Shown here in pieces: positions 26,525 to 39,384 of a stretch of 64,000 nucleotides of DNA (position 1 is its first letter; the number at the start of each line of letters is the position of its first letter). The stretch lies in assembly GCF_006345805.1 (NCBI RefSeq), contig NC_043013.1:31744001-31808000 (forward strand), written 5' to 3'. Under the pieces are notes generated by a model, which was not told the DNA's origin, did no database searches, and worked only from the letters and a program-made list of their open reading frames with translations. The translations under genes were made by a program, and so were the position numbers. This stretch comes from Octopus sinensis. Taxonomy: Eukaryota.

Positions 26525-27085
26525 GTGTAAGATCCAAGAATCGAGGTGTGGGAAGAAAGTTAGCTTCAAGCAATCCGTGGTAAATATAAAAAAAACTTTC
26601 AGGGACAAAAGTGTCCCTTGAGACGGCAGCTTTTGCATTTTTTCGTATCGAAGTACGATAAACAGGAATAAGGTTCTTTTTATGTTGCACAGTAGGCGAC
26701 CAGGATTTCCAGGTATGGGAATATGAATACAAGAATTAAGTAATGTTCCACGTGTTACCATGTAATTCCTTGCAACAATGTAAACAAGAAACACTTGGGC
26801 AGACGAGTAGCTTGAAGTATACACCTCGCTTGGATATTTAACATTTTCGATGTTTCACTCGGTACGAAAGATATGTAACTATTGTATATATTTATACGTA
26901 TATATATATGTGTGAGTGCATGTGTATGTGTGTGTATGTATGTATGTATATAATGAATTCGAACAAAGAAGAACGAACAAGAAAATAACAGTAACGCGAG
27001 GACGTGGTACAAGAACTAAGATTCAAGAATCGAGGTGTAGAAAAAAAGTTAGCTTCGACCAATCCGTAGTAAACATTTTTAAAAA
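26525..27085. repeat. Element with about 60-bp imperfect terminal direct repeats (period about 490 bp)
   Basis: TAAGATCCAAGAATCGAGGTGT...TTAGCTTC..CAATCCGT.GTAAA at about 26527 and 27017. Confidence 0.6.
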
Positions 27086-28581
27086 AGCAGCATTACTTTT
27101 TTAAATGACACAACAAGCGAAGAGACTGTGCAAAAAAGAATGCAAGAGTTACGGAATGGAGTGAGAAAAATCCGGGCTACATATGGAAGTGGTAAAATCT
27201 AAAATCTAATTGAGGTGTGTACTGCCAGCTACCCTTCACGCCAAGGATTTCTTGTTTAGATTTAAAAGTTACAGTGTGACAAGGAAGTTTCAATCAGAAT
27301 GTGTGGAGGTCACGATATGAGAGGGGTATACAAATGTAGTGAGATATAAGTATTAGAAGGGAAGAAAGAAGAAAAAATATACGGAAGTGAAAGGAAGGAG
27401 GAATTGGGCCAGGCGTGTTGACTCGTAGTTGACAATATAGTTGCTTTAGCTGAATCAGAGAATATAGTAGTGGGATTGGTATTTGAAGAAAGGATCAATT
27501 GTAGGGGAGAGGGTAAGGAAATATTTTTGGTCGTGAGGGAGAAAGAAAAAATGTGTATGAATAAAGCAAGGTAGGGTGAGGAGTTTAACCCCGGTTAGTA
27601 AAAGATACGAGTAGATTCTAAACTAGGATACTATATTTCATTTTAGCTTAGTGCAGTGACGTGTTTCTCTCCGCGTGCTCTATGGGATTTAGCGTTAATG
27701 TGTTATGTTAGAATATCATCTCAGCCAAATATGTGTAGCTGGACTGGAATTGGCGCCTTGTCACCCACGTTGTTATTAATAACGTCGTATTTAAATTTCT
27801 TAATTCGTTTCTTCTAGAGGAAGGTGAGTTACATGGTCTCTGTAGAAATCTTGTGATCTGGGACATGAACGGATTTACCCCGCAATAATTGAAGTTTGAC
27901 GACAAAAGATAAAAATTTAAAAAACCTGGCACAGAATGAATACCAGAGGTTTGATTCTCTGCGGTCACCAAATAGTTTGATCATCCGAAACTTAATGCCT
28001 CAGCGTTTGTTTGAAGAGGAACATCAGAGAGAATTGTTTTTAGAGTAAATAGTGAAATTAAAATCGTTTCCTTTGAATATTGCAGAACTGAAGAGTAGAC
28101 GCAGACACATGTGATTGATTTCACACGATTACATACCTAATTATCTTCATATAGATCATTCGTTCAACAACCTGCTAGGTAATCGGTGTGTTTATAATTC
28201 TGCGCAATGCAAATAATATATTCGACTGGTTTAACAATTTCACGTTGGTTGTATGAAATTCTAGATTGTTTACTAATTCTTTTTATGCAAACATCGTGGC
28301 ATCTCTAATGAATTGACATAATGGAAATTACGAATCTACTTGAAAGCATATCAAGTTTTAATTAGATCTTTGTTTAGAAATTATACGTTAGTGATACTCT
28401 TTGGAACGGTGTTGGAATTTGTTTGTAAATACAATGAGAATAGAGAAAAAATATGTGAAACATGGTTTAGATCGAATTTCTTTAACTTCGATTGCAGCAG
28501 CTTATTTTTCATAGGCAGTCTGAAGCAGAAATACTGCGCACAAAGCACGCACCCACCTACGCGCGCGTGTATGTATATATA

Positions 28582-28634
<53 letters not shown>

Positions 28635-28682
28635 GTATATATATATATATATGTATATTAGAAGAAATGAGGTATATATATA

Positions 28683-28806
28683 CTGGCCTGCTCGCTTAGC
28701 CAGCGGGGTGGCGTCATTTGAAGGCTAAAACAATACGAAGCGCATTGTAACCAGCGATGTGTAACAACATCTGATAGCCTGCTCGGTCACGGTGATCACG
28801 GTGATA
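28683..28806 (+). mobile_element. SINE family D, 3' fragment
   Basis: GGCCTGCTCGCTTAGCCAGCGGGGTGG...GTCACGGTGATCACGGTGAT. Confidence 0.85.
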
Positions 28807-29534
28807 TATATATACATATATTATTTATAAATACATGTGTGCGTGAGAGTGTGTGTGTATGTATGTGTGCGTGCGTGCGGACGTACGTGTACGTGTGTGT
28901 GCATATGTGTGTCGATAGCCGAGTTCTATTCCAAATATGAAAAAAGACTTATTAACGAACATTAATAAACATTTGGTATATCACGAAGGTGGGGCGCTTA
29001 GTTTAATGTATTTCACTACAATTTTTTTTTTTTTACTTATCTAACCAGAGAGGTACTATTTGGTATTGTCCAAATATCGCAAAATCCAGATGCTACTTAC
29101 AATAAAATCCAATGTTTTTAATTGGCCAGAAACAAAAACCAAGCAGTGACACATGCTAACACGTATATATTTTCTTGCACTTATATACTAGAGTGATTCT
29201 TCTGTCGATGTTTTCGCGCATTCCCATGACTCACTGTCGCCATCCAGTTCCATTATTATGAATTCGAATCGGGAGCCTGAGACATAGTGACGCCACATTT
29301 ATGGATACTTTGCCGTTACTCTCTTGAGAGAGCTTGGTGATCCTGAGCGTTGATTTCCTAGGATTCCTCCGCTCAGCAACACCGTTAGATCAGTTGATCC
29401 CCTCCGCTACCTCCTCATACACCGCTTTGACGCTGTCCCTTGAACGGGTGCTATGCCTTGCCAAAGGGTAGCTCGGACCTATACAGGGCACAGTCGTCAC
29501 TCCTTCAGGTATTTTTAAACCACCCGTATACCCA

Positions 29535-29774
29535 AGAGTGATGGAATTGTAGTGTATTTATATTATTTACATTATTTATATTTGAGAGATGTTTGTCCTC
29601 ATCTTGTTCGTTGTTAACACAACGTTTCGGCTGATATACCCTCCAGCCTTCATCAGGTGTCTTGGGGAAATTTTGAAACTGGATTCTTGTTCCTACGGTA
29701 TTGTTTTGATGTTGTTATTATTATTATCATTATTAAGGTCACTGCCTGGAATCGAAGTCAGAATCTTGGGGTTA
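29535..29774 (-). mobile_element. tRNA-head/(TAA)n/HHR-tail element, inverted 5'-truncated copy
   Basis: Reverse complement of 29789-29830 plus 30928-31110. Confidence 0.75.
29616..29661 (-). ncRNA. Minimal type I hammerhead ribozyme
   Basis: GACAC-CTGATGA-A-GGCTG(GAGGGTATAT)CAGCC-GAA-AC/GT-T^GTGTT: intact core, extra A after A9, palindromic AACGTT helix III, GUU triplet. Confidence 0.75.
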
Positions 29775-29826
29775 AGAGCGCGGGCTACTAACCACAAGAT
29801 TCCGAGTTCGATTCCAGGCAGTGACC

Positions 29827-29870
<44 letters not shown>

Positions 29871-29872
29871 TC

Positions 29873-30911
29873 TTAGATACCCACCAGATTGAGCAGGCTG
29901 AAGGAAACGCGCCAACTGCAGCTGCAAAGAAAATAAAATTAATTGCAAAGACAAAAGCACATGAAAATTTAGCAAGCTGATGGGAACAGAAACCTCTCCA
30001 TGGCAAGTATGTGGCCCGTAGCAAACAAGCTGATGTCGACCAGAAACACACGCACGAATGGTTACGAAGCTCAGGGCTAAAAGCAGAGAGTGAAGGTTTC
30101 ATATTAGCTGCTCAAGACCAAAGCTTATTAACCCGGAACTACCAAGCCAATGTGATAAAAATTCGAGCTGACCCAAAATGCCGATTCTGTAACGACGAGA
30201 TTGAAACAATAGACCACTTATTCTCAGGGTGTAGAGTATTAGCACCTGCAGAATATAAAGCAAGACATGACAGAGTCGGCCAGTATTTACATTAGACAAT
30301 ATGTTGGCATTATAAAATCAAAACCGCTGACAAATGGTATAAACATCATCCTGAAGCTGTGACCGAGGGAGAAAATGTGTCGGTTCTATGGGACTACCCC
30401 GTGCAGACGGACAAGACTATAAAAGCTAATAAAGCGGATATTATTATAAAAGATCAGACAAAAAGGATGTGTTTATTAATTGACATGAGTATTCCCTGTG
30501 ACCACAATATAGCAGCGAAAGAATTTTACAAGATTAGTAAATATAAAGACTTGCTAATAGAAATTGAAAAAATGTGGCATCTCAAGGCGACTAGAGTACC
30601 AGTGATTGTAGGATCTCTAGGAATGATAAAAAAAAAGGTACTGAAACCTATTTGAAAATGATTCCAGGCTTACCATCCCTACAGGAAGTGCAAAAAATCG
30701 TATTAACTGCAACAGCTCATGTACTGAGAAGAGCACTATCGCTGTGAAAATAACTTCCATCCATGAATTTATTAATTTTTAAATACATATTTTATCTGTG
30801 AATTTGCGCGTGTAATCTGGGAATGCATACAATGCCCTTCTCTGCCCTAGGTGTATGGAAAACACTCGGCAAGAACTGGAAGAAAATTTGAAGAAAGAAG
30901 GAAAAAACATG
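29873..30911 (+). mobile_element. R4/Dong-type RLE LINE, 5'-truncated, with 16-bp TSD
   Basis: KPLHGKY, GLKAESEGFILAAQDQ, CRFCNDEIETIDHLFSGC (CCHC), RHDRV, LWDYPVQTD and NKADIII..LLIDMSIP; TSD ATAATAATAATAACTC at 29857-29872 and 30912-30927. Confidence 0.95.
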
Positions 30912-30972
30912 ATAATAATAATAACTCAAATCAATACCTTAGGATGAGAACCCAGGTTCAAAATTTCCCCAA

Positions 30973-31018
30973 GACACCTGATGAAGGCTGGAGGGTATAT
31001 CAGCCGGAACGCTGTGTT
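30973..31018 (+). ncRNA. Hammerhead copy with two core substitutions (probably inactive)
   Basis: Identical to 29616-29661 except GAAAC>GGAAC and GTT>GCT. Confidence 0.65.
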
Positions 31019-32063
31019 AACAACAAACAAGATGAGGACAAATACCCGTCAAATATAAATAATGTAAATAATGTAAATAATGTACATAATTCCTCATCTC
31101 TTAAATATACAACGGTATTGTAGTATATTGTTCATATTTATGTAGAATTCATCCATATGAATTTTGTTATTGTTATTCTGTTGTAGGTATTTAGGCCGAT
31201 ATAACATTGGATCAAGATGGATATCCACTGCATTCCAGCTATAAGTCTTCTGTCTAATTTTGAGAAGTCTGTTTCCCGGATCCTACCATTCATTGTGTCT
31301 ATCTGCTGTCCAAGACAATGATACGTTGCCTGAAGGAAATTTGGATGCCAATTCTAGAACTTGGAGGAAATGCAACGCAAAGAGGCTGCTTCATGGCACA
31401 TTCAAAGGAAAATTTTCTACTGGACCAAATAAACTTAATGCTACATCATTAACGAAACATCAACGTTAAATGTTTATTTTGACTACTTGTAGTGCGCATG
31501 TATAATAACGCTTATCGCAGCGACAGTCTTATTTGAGAAAAAAACATGATAACCTGAAGACACACCTATACGAAGAATATTTGATCAAATTGTAATTTGT
31601 TTTTAGATATGTCGACACTAAACAGAACTATAAGAAATTCAGAGATTCTGTTTTATTTAATTTCACTGTTCGGTTTTCCTAGTCTTTTAAAAACTGTTAC
31701 GTTGTATTTGGGAAAAGGATTTGCGGCTCTGACTCTAGCGGTCTACCAACAGGGAAGTCCCTTATTCATTCCAAGCTCACCCTATATCCTGATGACTGTC
31801 CATTGATAATATGCTGTTCCACGGCATAATTCACAATGCTCAGGATAATGAGAGCACATCATACACAATAAAATACTGCTACTGTGATACCGTATGTATA
31901 TATGTATGTGTATTTTCATACTTATTTTCATTTGAAAACCCCACTAGAATGGGAGAAAGCGCTAATGAACTAAGTGATATGATATATATGTAAAAAATGT
32001 AATATATAAATAAATATCTGTAAATACAAACCATCCGATCTTCTGATTACCTCATTTCTTCTA

Positions 32064-32093
<30 letters not shown>

Positions 32094-32094
<1 letters not shown>

Positions 32095-32397
32095 TCACCA
32101 TGATCACCGTGACCAACCAGGCTATCAGATGTTGCTACACATCGCTGGTCACAATGCGTTTCTCATTGTTTTAGCCTTCAAATGACGCCACCCCGCTGGC
32201 TAAGCGAGCAGCCTAACAGAAGAAAGAGTGAGAGAAAATTGTGGCGAAAGAGTACAGTAGGGATCGCCACTAGCCCCTGCCGGAACTTCGTGGAGCTTTA
32301 GGTGTTTTCGCTCAATAAACACAACGCCTGGTCTGGGAATGGAAACCACGATCCTACGACCGCGATTCCGCCGCCCGAATCACTGGGCCATTGCGCC
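32094..32397 (-). mobile_element. SINE family D, full length
   Basis: Reverse complement of the GGCGCAATGGCCCAGTG...GGTTTC.ATTCCCAGACC head and the GTCACGGTGATCATGGTGAT tail. Confidence 0.85.
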
Positions 32398-32399
32398 TC

Positions 32400-32511
<112 letters not shown>

Positions 32512-33590
32512 GCAGCATACATACATACATGCTACATACATACATATATATATAGTAGCATCTCTATGTTTATGCAGGGAATTTAAATATATAAAAATCT
32601 AATACGATGTAGAGCACCCAAATGTTGAAGTACATATTCGATGCGTCTGTTTCAGGACGTGTGTGTGTGCACGCGCGCGCATGCGTGTGTGTGTGCACGC
32701 GCACGCATGCGTGTGTGTTTGCATGTAAATATTGATAGATAGGCAAATGTTACTTTCATCTGCAACAAAACACTAATATAATTATTTACACAAGAAAATT
32801 CGGTTGTACAGTCTCTTTGTCAAATGTAGCACACTATTTTCAACTGTCCTATCTATATGACTTCGTTATTATTCAAAATTTAGCCGTCATTCTATATTAT
32901 GTACTTCATATATCGCGTTCCTTAAAATATTCTGCTTTCTTTTGATGGTCGTTAATGTACATTGATGTTATATAATAAACATTATGCAAAATTATTGGAG
33001 CATTTTCTCTTGGAATCTGTCTATTTATCGAGTTAAGTTAGTGAAGCAGTTCACATTTAACTTGTATTTTCACTCCATACAGAAATTCAGAAAGTTTTAT
33101 GAAAAAGCGAAGTCTTCTGATCTGAAAATGAACTGGTTCCGTTGACGCAGGACTATTTGTACGTTTGTAATTGTTAATGATATGGCTTAGTGCGTTTAAA
33201 TGAGAATAATACTGTTAAAGTTAGTTCCTTACCATAGCTTATAGTAGAGTTGTTCCGCTGTTTTGCATTCAGTAATAAGTACAATAACGAGAGAAACTTC
33301 GACACCATAACAGAATAACTGCCTCTACGCAACATTTTCATCACCTTTTAGCGTATTCTAAAACTCCATCAATATTCTCACTTTCACATACTTTTGCCTT
33401 TGGGCAAACATTCTATCTATCTATCTATCTATATATCTATCTATCTATCTATCTATCATCTATCTATCTATCTATCTATCTATCTACCTATTTATCTATC
33501 TGTGTATATATAAATATACCTATATGCATATGTATGATCCATACACACACACATGCACATATGCATATGCATGTACATATATATATATAC

Positions 33591-33636
<46 letters not shown>

Positions 33637-34145
33637 TGGAAATAGTAATGAATTGAATTATATCACTGTCAGTTAAACAATTTAATTATGGAAATTATAT
33701 TGCCTCATATTTATCGTTTAGTGTTTCCCATAATAGTATTCTATGATGTGATATATTTCATCTTATTCATTATAACCGAAAGGATATCGCATCCATCATT
33801 CATTCAAATGTCGAGTTGAACTTCTGTGAAATCAGTTAGATTGCCAAATCCCCTGGCCTGATACTCATCCCGAAAAAGACTTAAGACTTGCACTCGGCAG
33901 TACTATCAGTATTCATTTGTCAGGGTAGACAATAAACAACTAAATCTTGTGCAAAAACCTCCTGCAACTGAGGCAACCTGTGGAATATTATTTGCACGAG
34001 AAAACATCATCACAGTATCTATGAAATAAAACATCTGCGACGAAGCTTGAAGTGAGATGCATACATTTTATTGTGATGGACCCAGAGTAACACAGATGTA
34101 TATATGTTTGTGTGTGTGTGTGCATGTATTTTGTATGTATGCATG

Positions 34146-34176
<31 letters not shown>

Positions 34177-34179
34177 GCA

Positions 34180-34228
<49 letters not shown>

Positions 34229-34254
34229 TATATATAATATATATATATATATAA

Positions 34255-34405
34255 TTCATAAATGAGGGCAAAGGAAAAAATTTCTAATGCCAAATATGCC
34301 GAAAAATTGGACATATTGTCCATTAACCATATAATTTTTTCACATTGATAAAATTTTTTCGAGAAAATATTTTTGGGGGAAAATAATTTTATCCTCATAT
34401 TTGAT
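34255..34405. repeat. Small insert in (TA)n sharing a motif with the 46817 element
   Basis: AAATGAGGG-[hairpin]-CCAAATATGCCGAAA here versus AAATGAGGG-[hairpin]-CCAACATGCCGAAA. Confidence 0.4.
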
Positions 34406-34413
34406 ATATATAC

Positions 34414-34499
<86 letters not shown>

Positions 34500-35663
34500 T
34501 TATATATATATATATATATATATACACATTTATATATTATATTATATACATATATATACATATATATATATATGTATGTATTATGTCTGTATATAAGTAT
34601 GTATGTAAGTATATGTGAGTGTGTGTGTATATGTTTGTACGTTGGTGGGCTAACTGTATTCAAACGCGATGCAAAACACTTGAATCTCATCCTTCATTTT
34701 TACACGCTATATTACCCGTCAGATATCCAGGATAATCTACCAACAAACATTTAAAAGTAACATGATGAACAACGGCCATCTTGACAGATTACCCAGTGAA
34801 TACACGAATTCCGCCGTCCACTGTACACGCAAACGCACACATGCATACACACACATACTTACACGCACACTCTTAGTCCAGCTGATATCGCCTTCCTTTA
34901 AAGGAAAGTTCTTCTTTATAAGACGATGATAAAGCTTATCGGATTATTGTACGAAGATTTTTATTATTTTTTACGACGCGTTTTCGGTACAAAGTAACGT
35001 AGAGGATTCAGGTTTTATATCAATGACTTGACTTTATAAAATCTGCAAAACGACTATGCTTTAAGAAGATACATTGTTTAAGACTTTAGATGTTATGGTG
35101 TTGAATTAAAAAGGTTGAAGTTAATACTAGCATAATAATAATATAATTTATAATACAGTACCTGCTCGCATTCCTCCTTTCTTTTTTCCCTGAAATAAAC
35201 ATATATAAATATGTGTATGTGTATACATGTGAGTGTAAGAGAGTAGATTTGTGTCTTTATGTGTGTATGATCGTGTGATATCCGATTAAGCATATATCTG
35301 CGCGTATAGTGGAAATCTATGTATATGTATATACATATGCACGTATATCATATATAATATAAACACATATATTCAGACATATCTTTTTACTCTTTTACTC
35401 ATTTCAGCCATGTGGAAACGGTCAGAGGCTGCTGAGCTGGTGTTAGGGGTCGCTTATCATAACGGTAGATACCACTCGGCCGGTATCTAAGAGTTACGGA
35501 ATTCGACACTCCATATCCGCCTGCAGGCAAAAATTTTGTTAGCGTAGACGTGAATATGAAATAACAAGCTCATCATTTCTCAACCACATGTCTCTGGGTT
35601 CAGTCTCATCCTGTGGGACTTTGAGCAAATGCCTTCTATTGCCTAAGGCCAATCATATAAGTT

Positions 35664-35739
<76 letters not shown>

Positions 35740-35747
35740 AATATGTC

Positions 35748-35797
<50 letters not shown>

Positions 35798-36062
35798 TGT
35801 GTGTGTATATGTATATATGTATGTATGTGTGCATGTGTGTGTGATTTTGTTTCCGACCACACCAACGCTTGACAACTTGGTGTGCTGACGTCCATGTAAT
35901 CTAGTAGTTCAGCAAAAGGGCACAAATAGATTAAGTACGAGGTTTTAAAAGATTAAGTAGTAGGATTGGTTCATTCGAATACAAAATAATTCTTTGGAGG
36001 AGCGCCCCAGTTTGGCCGCAGTCTAATGATTGAAGGAATCAAAACTTAATATATATATATAT

Positions 36063-36355
36063 ATTGGGCTATCCCATAAATAATGCAGTTTTTTTAATAC
36101 TTTTATTTTTCAAATTTAAAATAAACAAAGTTCTTTTTGAATCTAAACTATACTCTCCTTAATTTTCTTCAATTTTCTTCCCTTTTTCTGGTGAACTTGC
36201 AAGGCTCATCTTGCAAAAATCACTTCTCCCTGACGAAAATTAGTCCTTCGCTACCATTCTGAACTCGTCTTGCCGAATTCATATTTTCCCATCCAAATGA
36301 TTTTGAAGATTGCGGAATAAATGCTAATCAGTTGAAGCAATGTCTGGCGAATATA
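36063..36355 (-). mobile_element. Mariner C-terminal remnant with TIR
   Basis: Minus frame YSPDIASTD*HLFRNLQNHLDGK; end TTGGGCTATCCCATAAATAATGC next to TA. Confidence 0.8.
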
Positions 36356-36466
36356 GTGAGTATGTATATATGTATATATATACATACATACAAACATACA
36401 TACAAACAAACATACATACATACATACATACATACATACATACATACATACATACACACACACATG

Positions 36467-37500
36467 CAGGGAGTCCATAAATTCACTTTAGAATTTAAAA
36501 AATTTATCAAAAAAGCAATTGATGAGATATGTTTATTATTTATTAGATTTGTTCTATGTGGTTCGTGCTTAACATTTTTAAAACCACATTGCATTTGTGT
36601 TTTCCAGGTACATGTGTGTCGAAAATGGGTACAGCTAAATGAAACCCTAAAAAAAATGGTTACTCATCAAGAAAAGGCACAATGTGTTTTGTGGTTTATT
36701 GAAAAAAAAATACAGACGCAGACCCACCGAAAGTATAGGGAAACAAGGAATGTATGAGAACAGGAACAGTTTTGGATATAGGGAATTTCTGAGGATGCAG
36801 CGTTTCTCATCCGAATTTATTTTAGTAATGAGGTGACTTTTCATGTTTCATGGAAACTCAATACACATAATGTGAGGATCTGGAGATCACAATAGCCCAT
36901 ATGACTAGGGATAGTCTAAAGGTGAATGTCTGGTGTGGGATGATGTGCAATGGAAATATTTGGTCCATTTTTCTTCACACAGTGATCAATATCTGTGAAT
37001 GTTTACATTGATCTTTTGTCTGAATATACGGTAGCATAACTGGATGATCCTCAACCAACTACCGTTCTCCAGCAGCATGGTGCACCACCACATCCGGGAC
37101 TGCGTGATCGCGGGTTTCTCAATCAAATATTTCCAGACAGGTGGATTGAAAGGGATGGCTGAATTCCCTCGCCATCTCGTTGCCCGGATATCACTCCACT
37201 GGACTTTTCTGTGGGGTTATGTTAAGGACATTATGTATCGAACAAAGATACAGGACATCAACGATCTGAAGCAAAAGATCATTGATGCCAACGCCACCAT
37301 TGATAAGGCTATACTACAGCGAACACGGAAAGAAATCGATTACCGCCTTGATCGCGCCGTTCAAATTATGGTGTCCATAAAGAGATGTAGTAAAAAAAAT
37401 TCAATATCTACTCATTTTGTAATAATTTTCCAAGATTTATCTATTTATTTGCTTGTGTAATAAATGTCTGAAATTTTAAAGAGACTTTATGGACACCCTG
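36467..37500 (+). mobile_element. Tc1/mariner DD41D (rosa/Visitor-type) element, defective, both TIRs present
   Basis: TIRs CAGGGAGTCCATAAATTCACTTTA / TAAAGAGACTTTATGGACACCCTG|TA; MVTHQEKAQCVL, FSNEVTFHV..NVRIW and QQHGAPPH...PDITPLDF; 41 residues separate the mutated second D from the third D. Confidence 0.9.
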
Positions 37501-37879
37501 TATATATACATATAATACATAGACATACAGACGTATAATATATATTCAAACAGGATTTGAATGCGTGCTGCAATAGGATAAACGCTCTGATAGCACAATA
37601 GTCAATGTGTGTAGCGTAGCATGCCAAGTACAATCGTGCAATCTTCTAGGCTTGGGCTGCAAGCTACTACACAGCATGCAATACATGATTGCTTGATTAT
37701 GTTACAGTTAGATAATGAAGTCTACAGTAGGATGCATTTAAATCCCTTGTATATTAAATCATATTTATATTTCACTGCCTGGAATACTATTTTACTGATC
37801 CTACCAATAACGAAATTCAAACACACATACGCAAACACCCACAATATATACTTTTATACTTATATACATATATAATATA

Positions 37880-38195
<316 letters not shown>

Positions 38196-38643
38196 ATCAA
38201 TGCCGTTTTTAAATGTGCATACATGATTTGATAATTCCTTCAACATTTGTTAAAGTAAAAATATCAATTAGTTTATTTTAGTGTTATCCCCAGTGAATCT
38301 TCCGATATCTATCTCCCGAAAAATTTTAAATCGTAAATTGCAATGACAGAACTGGAACGACTATGTAAACCACTATATTACACTCTTCAAATTAAACCAT
38401 CAATTTGCAATGGTTTTGCTAATTTGCCTAATGAATATGATTATTAACTCTGCATAATTGCACCAGAAATACTTTTTACCAGTTCCACTTTAATAGCTAA
38501 TTTTAGTTTACTTTGAAATTCTGAAAAGTTCATTCGTAATTTGATTTATGAGCAATTTCCATCAGAAATTCCGATTAAGATTGAGGCAAGTTCATTAGTG
38601 GGCGTGAGTGTATGTATGTATATTTGATTGTATGTAGGTGTGC

Positions 38644-38677
<34 letters not shown>

Positions 38678-38807
38678 AGAGAGAGAGAGAGATATATATA
38701 TAGTTATTGATGCATGGATAGGGAAATTTGTTCACGTGTAAATATATATGTCTCTGTAAGAATATATTTTGCGTATATGTTTACATATATGTGTGTGTAA
38801 ATGGCTG

Positions 38808-38962
<155 letters not shown>

Positions 38963-38980
38963 ATATATTTATATATATAT

Positions 38981-39368
38981 AGGAGTAGCTGTGTGGTAAG
39001 AAGCTTGCCTCCCAACCACATGGTTCCGGGTTCAGTCCCACTGCGTGACAACTTGCGCAAGTGTCTTCTGCTATAGCCTCGTGCCGATCAAAGCCTTGTG
39101 AGTGGATTTAGTAGATGGAAACTGAAAGAAACTCGTCGTACATATGTATTTATATACTTGTGTGTGTGTATGGTGCATGTGTCTGTGTTTCTCCTCCCTC
39201 CATCATTTAACAACCGATGTGTTTATGTCCCCGTAACTTAGTGATTCGGCAAAAGGTACCGACAGATTAAGTACTAGGCTTCCAAAGAAGAAGTCCTGGG
39301 GTCGATCTCTTCGACTAAAGGCGGAGCTCCAGCACGACGGCAATCGCATGATTGAAACGAGTAAAAGA
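38981..39368 (+). mobile_element. SINE family B, near full length, diverged
   Basis: Collinear with 11867-12278. Confidence 0.85.
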
Positions 39369-39384
39369 ATATATATATATATAG

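Larger units (their letters stand above)
29771..31110 (+). mobile_element. tRNA-head/(TAA)n/HHR-tail element, interrupted by an R4/Dong insertion
   Basis: GGTTAAGAGCG D-arm remnant, anticodon-like loop CTACTAA, B-box GAGTTCGATTCC (29804-29815), (TAA)n; tail resumes at 30928. Confidence 0.7.

Noticed and set aside
29200-29510. GC-richer island with a roughly 55-codon minus frame
   Set aside because: No motif recognised; probably a decayed retroelement piece, left unassigned.
32645-32720. Alternating (TG)/(CG) tract with a 24-bp duplication, potential Z-DNA
   Set aside because: Common microsatellite derivative in this genome; no evidence of function.
35466-35489. Perfect 8-bp hairpin TAGATACC/GGTATCTA
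   Set aside because: Isolated; no Helitron CTAG end or ribozyme core nearby.
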